Below, one piece after another: positions 7,913-15,941 of a stretch of DNA of 37,918 nucleotides. Below the pieces are notes generated by a model. The model worked only from the letters and a program-made list of their open reading frames with translations. It made no database searches and was not told the DNA's origin. Position 1 is the stretch's first letter, and each line of letters starts with the position of its first letter. The DNA lies in the NCBI GenBank assembly GCA_043733425.1, contig JAYTGM010000131.1, positions 1 to 37,918 of the forward strand. Direction: 5' to 3'. The stretch comes from Terriglobia bacterium. GTDB taxonomy: Bacteria; Acidobacteriota; Terriglobia; Bryobacterales; Bryobacteraceae. The translations under genes and the position numbers were made by a program.

Positions 7913-8937
7913 GCGCGGTAGCAAGCATAGCACCGGCCCTGGCGGGGCCGCGCCGGGCCGCCATTTTGCTGATCTCGCTCGGTGAGCAGGCCAGCGCGGA
8001 GTTGATGAAAAATCTGAACGAAGACGAAGTGCACTTGGTCAGCCGTGAAGTAGCCCGTCTTGACGCTGTTTCCATGGCGCAGGCGGAACTGGTTCTGGAA
8101 GAGTTTCATCAACTGGTGACGGGCCGAGAATTCGCCGTAAAAGGCGGGTTGGATTATGCCCGGAAGATGCTGCAAGCCGCGTTCGGCCCGGAAGCTTCCA
8201 AGAAGATTTACGATCGCCTGGTGAAGGTTCTGGGCACGGATGTGGCCAGCTTCGACGTGTTGCACAAGGCCGATCCGCAGCAGCTTGCTAAATTCATTCA
8301 TAGCGAGCACCCCCAAACGATCGCGCTGATTCTGTCGCACTTGAGTTCCTCGCAGGCAGCGGCGCTGCTGGTTTCGCTTCCCCCGGGCATGCGTTCAGAC
8401 GTGGCCTTGCGCATGGCCAACCTGGACCAGATCTCGCCGGAGATTATTTCGAAAATTGCGGGGATTATCGGTCAAAAACTTTCCTCGCTTGGCGAGTATA
8501 GCCGCGAATCTTATGGGGGCGTACGCGCGGTTTCCGAAATGTTCAACAGGTTGGATGTGAAGATCTCGAAGGAGATTCTGGGCAGCATAGAAGATCAGGA
8601 CGCGGGCTTGGTGGAAACCATCCGCCACTTGATGTTCATCTTCGAAGACCTGCTTTCCATTGATGAAAACGGGATGAAGCAGTTGGTGGCAAAGGTGGAT
8701 CGCAAGAATTTGACTGTCGCGCTGAAAGGCACCAGCGACCAGCTCCGCAACCATTTTCTGGCCGGAATGTCCCAGCGAGGAGGGGAAATGTTGAAGGAAG
8801 ACATGGACGCCATGGGCCCGGTCAAGATCAAGGATGTGGAAGCGGCGCAACAACAGATTATTGGTCTGGTGCGCGAGTTGGAAGCGGAAGGCGTTATTAA
8901 TTTGAAGGGCTCCGCCGGGGAGCAATATGTCGTCTAG
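7909..8937 (+). CDS. fliG: Flagellar motor switch protein FliG
   Basis: RRAAILLISLGEQASAELMKNL, MFIFEDL and the C-terminal torque helix region match FliG. It has a GTGA overlap with fliF. Confidence 0.95.
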   Translation: MSAVASIAPALAGPRRAAILLISLGEQASAELMKNLNEDEVHLVSREVARLDAVSMAQAELVLEEFHQLVTGREFAVKGGLDYARKMLQAAFGPEASKKIYDRLVKVLGTDVASFDVLHKADPQQLAKFIHSEHPQTIALILSHLSSSQAAALLVSLPPGMRSDVALRMANLDQISPEIISKIAGIIGQKLSSLGEYSRESYGGVRAVSEMFNRLDVKISKEILGSIEDQDAGLVETIRHLMFIFEDLLSIDENGMKQLVAKVDRKNLTVALKGTSDQLRNHFLAGMSQRGGEMLKEDMDAMGPVKIKDVEAAQQQIIGLVRELEAEGVINLKGSAGEQYVV

Positions 8938-9610
8938 AATTCTGCTTCGGGAGCACGGCTGCGCCGAGGTTCAGCCAATAGTCTGGCGGACTTTCGGACA
9001 GGGAGGTCAGGCGGCCGGCGCACAGCAAGACAATTCAACAAGGTTCGAACCTTCGGTTTCAATAGATCCTGAAACAGCGGCACTGCGCAACAGATTGATC
9101 GAGACGGAGCAAACTGCGCGCCAAGCTGTGGAAGCCGCACGCCGGCAAGGTCTGGCGGAGGGCGAAGCGCAAGGGAGAGCCGAAGCCTCGCGCGAGTTGG
9201 AACCCGTGCTGGCGCAACTGGCGCGCTCTCTGGAAGAGGTTGCCGCACTGCGTCCCCGGCTTCGGGAAGAGGCGGAATCGGACGTGGTGCAGCTTTCACT
9301 CGCTATTGCGCGGCGAATTTTACATCGGGAGCTGTCGCTTGAGCCTGAGGCCATTCAGGCGCTGGTGCAGGTTGCACTGGAGCGGCTGGCGCGTCAGGAA
9401 ATATACCGGGTACACGTTCATCCCGCGCAGGAAGCGGCTATTCGCAAAGCGCTTGCCGCGCACCATGGCGCGGTTGAGGTAAACGCGGACCCGCGGCTGG
9501 CAATGGGTGCTCTGATGTTCGAAACGAACCGGGGAAAGATGGATGCTTCGGTGGCTGCGCAATTTGAAGAGATCGAGCGCGGATTGACAGACAGGGTGAA
9601 ACACACATGA
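8927..9610 (+). CDS. fliH: Flagellar export protein FliH
   Basis: A charged coiled-coil centre, the C-terminal DPRLAMGALMFETNRGKMDASVAAQFEEIERGL, and its position between fliG and fliI support the call. Confidence 0.8.
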   Translation: MSSRILLREHGCAEVQPIVWRTFGQGGQAAGAQQDNSTRFEPSVSIDPETAALRNRLIETEQTARQAVEAARRQGLAEGEAQGRAEASRELEPVLAQLARSLEEVAALRPRLREEAESDVVQLSLAIARRILHRELSLEPEAIQALVQVALERLARQEIYRVHVHPAQEAAIRKALAAHHGAVEVNADPRLAMGALMFETNRGKMDASVAAQFEEIERGLTDRVKHT

Positions 9611-10935
9611 CCAGCGCCATGCCACTCGATTTAAGCCCGTATTACGTTGACCTCGCACGCTTGGACCCGTTTCAGACTGCGGGAGAAGTGGTGCAGCTTG
9701 TGGGGCTGCTGATTGAATCGGCGGGGCCGGCTGTTGCGATCGGTGATTTTTGCTGTATCCGCACGCAAGAGGGCCGTTCCATTCGTACCCAGGTGATTGG
9801 TTTTCGAAATGGGCATGTGCTTTCGATGCCGCTCGAAGATACTGATGGCTTGTGCCTGGGCGATTGCATTTACGCGCGTCCAAACGATGCGACGGTATGC
9901 GTGGGTCAGCACTTGCTGGGGCGTGTTTTGGATGGCTTTGGCGAACCCATGGACAAGGGGCCGCGGTTCCCTGCAGGTGAGCGGTACAGGCTATACCAGC
10001 CTCCGCAGAACCCGCTTGACCGCGCGCATATTACTGAACCCCTGGTGACGGGCATTCGCGCCATCGATGGCTTGCTGCCGATCGGGCTGGGTCAGCGCGT
10101 GGGAATTTTCGGCGGCTCCGGCGTGGGCAAGAGCACGCTGCTGGGCGCGATGGCGCGCAATAGCTCCGCCGATGTTACTGTGATTGCTCTGATCGGTGAA
10201 CGGAACAGGGAAGTGCGTGCGTTCTTGGAACACGAACTTGGCGAGGAGGGCCGCAGAAAATCGGTTGTCATTGCCGCCACTTCAGACCGGCCTGCGCCGC
10301 TTCGGGTTCGCGCCTGTTTTGTGGCACTTGCGGTTGCGGAATATTTTCGGGACCAGGGTGCAAAGGTTTTGCTGGTGATGGATTCGGTGACGCGGCTGGC
10401 CATGGCGCAACGCGAGATCGGTCTGGCGGCCGGTGAGCCGCCCAGTCAGAAAGGCTACACGCCATCTGTATTTAATCTGTTGCCAAAAATCTGTGAGCGC
10501 GCCGGCAATTTCGAACGTGGATCCATCACCGGATTCTTCACCGTGCTTGTGGAGGGTGACGATTTTAACGAGCCGATCTGCGATGCGGTCCGTTCGATTC
10601 TGGACGGGCATATTACGCTTTCGCGCGAGTTAGGCGCCGCTGGACACTATCCTGCGATTCAGATTCTGGATTCGGTGAGCCGCCTGCAATCGCAAATCTC
10701 AAATCCAGAGCAGCGGCAAAGCGCGCAGAAAATTCGTGAAGCTCTGGCGGCATATCGCCAGGCGGAAGACTTGATTCAACTGGGTGCATACGTGAACGGC
10801 ACCAACCCGCGCCTGGACGCCACCATTCGGGCGCGCGATAACATGATGCGCTACCTTCGCCAGGACGGCAGTGTAACGACGCCAATCCAGGAAACTCTGA
10901 CCGGGCTTTCGAACCTGGCGTTGCAACTGCAGTGA
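9607..10935 (+). CDS. fliI: Flagellum-specific ATPase FliI
   Basis: Walker A is GGSGVGKSTLL, Walker B is VLLVMDSVTR, and the fold is F1-ATPase beta-like. It has an ATGA overlap with fliH. Confidence 0.95.
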   Translation: MTSAMPLDLSPYYVDLARLDPFQTAGEVVQLVGLLIESAGPAVAIGDFCCIRTQEGRSIRTQVIGFRNGHVLSMPLEDTDGLCLGDCIYARPNDATVCVGQHLLGRVLDGFGEPMDKGPRFPAGERYRLYQPPQNPLDRAHITEPLVTGIRAIDGLLPIGLGQRVGIFGGSGVGKSTLLGAMARNSSADVTVIALIGERNREVRAFLEHELGEEGRRKSVVIAATSDRPAPLRVRACFVALAVAEYFRDQGAKVLLVMDSVTRLAMAQREIGLAAGEPPSQKGYTPSVFNLLPKICERAGNFERGSITGFFTVLVEGDDFNEPICDAVRSILDGHITLSRELGAAGHYPAIQILDSVSRLQSQISNPEQRQSAQKIREALAAYRQAEDLIQLGAYVNGTNPRLDATIRARDNMMRYLRQDGSVTTPIQETLTGLSNLALQLQ

Positions 10936-11402
10936 AGGCGTTCCGATTTCCCCTGGACCGCGTGCTGCATTGGCGCACGCTGCAGTGCGAACTGGAAGAA
11001 GCCACTGGTATGAGGCTGGCTGTACAACGTCAACAGTTGGCGAACCAACTGGAACAGATAACAGCCCTGCGGAAGAGTGCGGCGGATTCTATTACGCAAC
11101 AAGCCACGGTGGAATCCTCTGAGTTTCAAACGCTTGCCAGCTTCAATGTTTGGGCGGAACAACGGAAAGCGCAGATTCGCGGACGTGCTGAAAAGCTAAA
11201 GCAGGAAGCGGACGCGCAACTGATTCGCACCGCGGAAGCACGCCGAAAAAAGAAGCTGCTGGAGATACTTCGGGAGACGCGCCTGACTACCTGGACCGCT
11301 CTCCGCGATAAAGAAGACGAACAGGCGGCGGCGGATTCCTGGCTTTCCCGCTATGCGGCGGAACGCTACACTACGGAAAATGCTTTTCCGCCGTCTCGCT
11401 AA
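10932..11402 (+). CDS. fliJ: Flagellar export chaperone/stalk protein FliJ
   Basis: The N-terminal FRFPLDRVLHWR, a long charged coiled coil, the GTGA overlap with fliI and the canonical position support the call. Confidence 0.75.
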   Translation: MKAFRFPLDRVLHWRTLQCELEEATGMRLAVQRQQLANQLEQITALRKSAADSITQQATVESSEFQTLASFNVWAEQRKAQIRGRAEKLKQEADAQLIRTAEARRKKKLLEILRETRLTTWTALRDKEDEQAAADSWLSRYAAERYTTENAFPPSR

Positions 11403-14196
11403 TACACTCGCCGTCACTGCACTGATCATCGCTCCGGCTTCGTTTGCAGCCAAGCGCCCTATTAACTTCAAAGATTTCGATTCCTGGCGGGCCATCAACG
11501 GTCAGGTGCTTTCGCGCGACGGCCGGTATCTGGCGTATGGATTATTTCCGCAGGAAGGCGACGGCGAAGTGGTTGTGCGCGATTTAACGACCGGCAAGGA
11601 GTTGCGCGAGAACGCGGGGCAGTTGCCACCGCCCGCGCCGCCAGACCCGAACTCCGAAGCACCCCCCCGCCCGCGTGCAATCAGACTTGCGTTCACGCCG
11701 GATTCCCATTATTTGATTTTTGTTTCGTACGCCAAGAGGGCGGAAACCCAGAAGCCGAAAGCAGAGGCAAATGCGGAAGCTCCACGCCCGGCAACCCGAA
11801 CAGGTTCCCGGACGGATTTGCCTCCTGGCGATCTGGTGATCTTCAATCTGACCTCCTCAATTCCAACGCGGGTGGCGCGAGTGAAAGATTTCGGTATCAC
11901 GGAGCAAGGCGAGTCTTTAGTGGCTTACTTGAAAGCAGCCGCGGCACAGGCCCCGGCGGGCAAACCTGCCATGGGTACGGATTTGGTGTTGCGGCAATTA
12001 GATTCCGGCACGGAGCGAACCATCGCGGACGTTTCCGAATATTTGCTTACCAAGGACGGCCGGTCCCTGGCATATGCGGTGGCCTCGCCGAAGGAAGAAA
12101 CCAACGGCGTTTATGTGTTGCCGGGAAAAGGGCTGGACAGCCCGAAAGCGCTTCTCTCCGGGAAAGGGCAGTACAAGAAACTGACTTGGGATGACAAGCA
12201 TGACGAACTTGCCTTTGTGAGCAGCCATGACGACGCCTCAACCAAGCTGGCGAAGTACAAATTGTATTTATGGGAGCGTAAAGCGTCGCAAGCCTCGGTA
12301 GTGGCGGCAGTGGAAACGCCCGGCTTCCGTTCCGGTTTCGTGATCAGTGACACGGCTACGCTGAACTTTTCAAAGGACGGTACACGGCTTTTCTTCGGGG
12401 CCGCTCCGCCGGTGCTGCCGGAGCACAAGACGGGGTCGCCCGCCGACGACGAAGTCGTTTTTGATCTTTGGCACTATAAAGACGACCACATACAGCCCAT
12501 GCAGAAAGTGCGCGCCGGGCTGGAGCGTACGCGTTCCTTCCGCGCGGTTTACCTTGTGCCGCAGCACAAGATGGTGCAGCTTGCAGACGCGGAGATGTCC
12601 GAAATTACGCCAAGTGAAAACGGCCGATACGCGTTGGGTTCAGACGACAGGGAATACCGCCCCGCGATCGAGTACGGTGAGCGCGCTTCGGATTCGTTTC
12701 TGGTGGATATCGAAACGGGGAAGCGAACTCTGCTGGCGAAGAAGAATACCGGGGCTGTGACATGGTCGCCCGATAGCAAGTACGCCATTTCTTTCGATGG
12801 TGAAAATTGGAATGCCACGTCGGTGCCCTCAGGAAAAACCGTGAACCTGACCGCGAAACTCCCGGTCAAATTCTGGACGGAAGATAACGATACGCCGAGT
12901 ATTCCGCGCGCCTATGGTCTGGCCGGGTGGAGCAAGGATGGCAAGAGCGTTCTGGTATACGACCGCTTCGACATTTGGGAACTTGCACCCGATGGCCGCC
13001 GTGCGGCGAACTACACAGCCGGAATGGGGCGCAAGAACAATCTTGAGCTTCGCTACATAAAGCTGGATGCGGAAGAAAAGGCGATTGATACAGCGAAACC
13101 TTTACTGCTTCGTGCGGAGAAGACAGTCACGCGCCAGACTGGATTTTATTCGGGATCCACCCAACTCACCATGGGAGCGGTAGATTACGGCGCGCCAGTG
13201 AAGGCCAAGAATGCCGATGTGGTGGTGCTTTCCGCACAAACCTTTGACAGGTATCCTGATTTGCTGGTGACCGGCACCGCGATGAAGGAGATGAAGAAAG
13301 TGACAGACGCCAATCCGCAGAAGGCGGATCTGCTATGGGGCACGGCGGAGATGGTCAGCTTCAAGAACCTTGACGGCGTGCCTTTGCAGGGTGCGCTGTA
13401 CAAGCCCGAGAACTTTGACCCCGCGAAAAAGTACCCGATGATTGTCTACATTTATGAGCGGCTTTCGCAGAACCTGAATCATTTTAATGACCCGAAACCG
13501 ATGGACAGCATCAACATTCCGTATTACGTCAGTAACGGCTATCTGGTGTTTACACCGGACATTGTTTACACCACGGGATACCCTGGCCAGAGCGCGCTGA
13601 AGTGCGTGTTGGGCGGGGTGGATGCCATGGTGAACCGCGGTTTTGTGGATGAGGCCAACATCGGGATTCAGGGCCACAGTTGGGGCGGCTATCAAATCGC
13701 GTACATGATTACCCAGACTTCTCGCTTCAAAGCGGTAGAAGCTGGTGCGGTTGTGGCGAACATGACCAGTGCGTACGGAGGCATCCGGTGGGGCAGCGGG
13801 CTGCCTCGCCAATTCCAGTATGAGAAGACGCAGAGCCGGATTGGGGGCAGCTTGTGGGAGTATCCGCTACGGTTTATTGAGAACAGCCCGCTGTTCCAGG
13901 CAGATCGCGTGAAGACGCCGATTCTGATGGTCCATAACGACGCGGACGATGCCGTGCCGTGGTACCAGGGAATTGAATATTACCTGGCGTTGCGGCGCTT
14001 GAACAAAGAAGTGTACATGTTCAGCTATGCTGGCGAGCCGCACCACTTACAGCGGAGAGCCAACCAGAAGGACTACGCGCGCCGCCTAGCCGAGTATTTC
14101 GCTTTCGAGTTGAAGGGCGCTCCGAAACCGGCCTGGATGGAGAAGGGCATTCCTTACCTGCACGCACCGGAAGAACCCGCTACCGATTTGCAGTAG
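11380..14196 (+). CDS. Secreted S9 (prolyl oligopeptidase/DPP-IV) family serine peptidase with an N-terminal beta-propeller region
   Basis: The signal peptide is MLFRRLANTLAVTALIIAPASFAAK. The nucleophile elbow is GHSWGGY. The Asp (NDADDAVP) and His (GEPHHL) regions are present. The ORF is open from 11353; I prefer the ATG at 11380. Either start overlaps the 3' end of fliJ. Confidence 0.9.
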   Translation: MLFRRLANTLAVTALIIAPASFAAKRPINFKDFDSWRAINGQVLSRDGRYLAYGLFPQEGDGEVVVRDLTTGKELRENAGQLPPPAPPDPNSEAPPRPRAIRLAFTPDSHYLIFVSYAKRAETQKPKAEANAEAPRPATRTGSRTDLPPGDLVIFNLTSSIPTRVARVKDFGITEQGESLVAYLKAAAAQAPAGKPAMGTDLVLRQLDSGTERTIADVSEYLLTKDGRSLAYAVASPKEETNGVYVLPGKGLDSPKALLSGKGQYKKLTWDDKHDELAFVSSHDDASTKLAKYKLYLWERKASQASVVAAVETPGFRSGFVISDTATLNFSKDGTRLFFGAAPPVLPEHKTGSPADDEVVFDLWHYKDDHIQPMQKVRAGLERTRSFRAVYLVPQHKMVQLADAEMSEITPSENGRYALGSDDREYRPAIEYGERASDSFLVDIETGKRTLLAKKNTGAVTWSPDSKYAISFDGENWNATSVPSGKTVNLTAKLPVKFWTEDNDTPSIPRAYGLAGWSKDGKSVLVYDRFDIWELAPDGRRAANYTAGMGRKNNLELRYIKLDAEEKAIDTAKPLLLRAEKTVTRQTGFYSGSTQLTMGAVDYGAPVKAKNADVVVLSAQTFDRYPDLLVTGTAMKEMKKVTDANPQKADLLWGTAEMVSFKNLDGVPLQGALYKPENFDPAKKYPMIVYIYERLSQNLNHFNDPKPMDSINIPYYVSNGYLVFTPDIVYTTGYPGQSALKCVLGGVDAMVNRGFVDEANIGIQGHSWGGYQIAYMITQTSRFKAVEAGAVVANMTSAYGGIRWGSGLPRQFQYEKTQSRIGGSLWEYPLRFIENSPLFQADRVKTPILMVHNDADDAVPWYQGIEYYLALRRLNKEVYMFSYAGEPHHLQRRANQKDYARRLAEYFAFELKGAPKPAWMEKGIPYLHAPEEPATDLQ

Positions 14197-14986
14197 GCCT
14201 GCGGAAGGTTTCACCGGATTTCATAGCGATTCCATGCAGCACTGCACGCGGCAGAAGGCGCTGTATACCGATCCACGTTTGATAGCGCCAGCCCGGCACG
14301 ACGATCGGTTTGTTGCGGGACAAACCACTGAGCGATGCGGCAACAACCTGGTCAGCGGAAGTCCAAAGGCTTTCCGGAATGCGGCTGGTATCCATGCCCA
14401 GCGTCTGATGAAAATCGGACCGTGTGAACCCGGGGCAAAGAGCTTGCACACGAACGCCGCTCCGGGCGCTTTTCAGCTCCAACCAAAGGCCTTCGGTAAA
14501 GCTGTTTATCCAGGCTTTGGTAGCGGAATAACTGATTGAGCCCACGGTGGGCATCCAGGCGGCGACGCTTGAAACGTTGACGATGCTGCCGCGGTTACGC
14601 CTGACCATTCTCGGCAGCGCCGCACCGGTCAGACGCATGGTAGCCAGAATATGAACGCGGTACATGGCGTCCTGGCCCGCAAGACTGGTCTCCCAAAACT
14701 TTCCCGCAGTGCCGAAGCCGGCGTTGTTGACCAGAAAATCAAGGCGGTCTTCGGTCTGGACGCGATACTCTAAGGCGCGCAGCCCCAGGTCCGTGGCCAG
14801 ATCCGCAATCAGTATTTCGCCGCCGGTTTCCTTTTGCACGGCGAGCAGCTTGCGATGATTGCGCCCCACCAGAATGACCCAGTAGCCCGCCGCCGCAAGC
14901 GCCCGTGCGTAAGCCGCGCCGATGCCGCTTGAGGCGCCGGTGACCAGCGCGACAGGCTGCTCAGATGCCGATGATGACTTTTCCAA
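14180..14986 (-). CDS. SDR family oxidoreductase
   Basis: The Rossmann motif is VALVTGASSGIGAAYA, with NNAG and YSATKAW also present. The track ORF extends to 15040. A TTG at 14986 preceded by GGAG 6 nt upstream is the more likely start. Confidence 0.85.
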   Translation of the reverse strand: MEKSSSASEQPVALVTGASSGIGAAYARALAAAGYWVILVGRNHRKLLAVQKETGGEILIADLATDLGLRALEYRVQTEDRLDFLVNNAGFGTAGKFWETSLAGQDAMYRVHILATMRLTGAALPRMVRRNRGSIVNVSSVAAWMPTVGSISYSATKAWINSFTEGLWLELKSARSGVRVQALCPGFTRSDFHQTLGMDTSRIPESLWTSADQVVAASLSGLSRNKPIVVPGWRYQTWIGIQRLLPRAVLHGIAMKSGETFRRPTANR

Positions 14987-15941
14987 AATGAGCTCCGCTT
15001 TCCAGATGCTGGTAGGCCGCGCGCGCCTCATCGAACGCAAAAACGCGGTCGATGACGGGCTTCATTTCCGATTGTGTAATGGCGCGGTTCATATCTTCAA
15101 ACATTTCGCGCGAACCCACATATATGCCTTGCAGGTGGATACTTTTCATCAGAACCGGTTGTGGATCCACTTCGCCTTTGCCGGTCAAGATGCCGATCAG
15201 CACGACGGTGCCCCCCATACGGACGGCCCGCAGGGACTTTCCAAGCGTACCCGCGCCGCCCACTTCAACAATGCGGTCAACGCCATGAGCCGGCTTCTCC
15301 CAGTCAGGGGTGGTCTTGTAGTTGATCAGGACATCGGCACCGAGGCTCTGCGCGCGTTCCAGTTTTTTGTCGCTGCTGGACGTAGCGATTACCCGCGCGC
15401 CCGCCATCTTGGCGAATTGAAGCGCGAAGATTGACACGCCGCCCGTGCCTTGCACCAGCACCGTTTCACCGGAGCGGATGCCTTCGAGAGCACGCCATGC
15501 GGTGACACCCGCGCACGGCAAAGCAGCGCCTTCCTCATATGACAAATGATCGGGAAGGCGTACCAGGCCCGACTCGGGAAAGACGCGAAATTCAGCTAGG
15601 ACGCCGTCGATGGCACCGCCCATTGCCGTGTTCGCTTTCTCTGCATCCACCCGTCCGGATATCCAGCCCTGCATGAAGATTCCGGCCACGCGCTGGCCTA
15701 CGGCCCAGCGGGAACTACCGGGGCCGAGTTCCACAACCTCCCCCGCGCCATCGGACAAAGGAACCAACGGGTACGGCACGCCTTTGCCGTAAGCGCCGCG
15801 GGCTACCGCAAGATCGCGAAAGTTCAACGAAGCCGCCCGCATCTTAACCAGCACTTCTCCATTTCCCGGCACCGGCGCGGGACGTTCTGTCAGGGTGAGC
15901 GATTCTACGCCCTTCGGTTCGCGAATCTCGTAAACTTTCAT
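14961..15941 (-). CDS. Zinc-type alcohol dehydrogenase / NADPH:quinone oxidoreductase family protein
   Basis: The MDR fold shows VKMRAASLNFRDL and ETVLVQGTGGVSIFALQFAKMAGARV. A GAAAGG Shine-Dalgarno lies 6 nt upstream of the ATG. Confidence 0.9.
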   Translation of the reverse strand: MKVYEIREPKGVESLTLTERPAPVPGNGEVLVKMRAASLNFRDLAVARGAYGKGVPYPLVPLSDGAGEVVELGPGSSRWAVGQRVAGIFMQGWISGRVDAEKANTAMGGAIDGVLAEFRVFPESGLVRLPDHLSYEEGAALPCAGVTAWRALEGIRSGETVLVQGTGGVSIFALQFAKMAGARVIATSSSDKKLERAQSLGADVLINYKTTPDWEKPAHGVDRIVEVGGAGTLGKSLRAVRMGGTVVLIGILTGKGEVDPQPVLMKSIHLQGIYVGSREMFEDMNRAITQSEMKPVIDRVFAFDEARAAYQHLESGAHFGKVIIGI

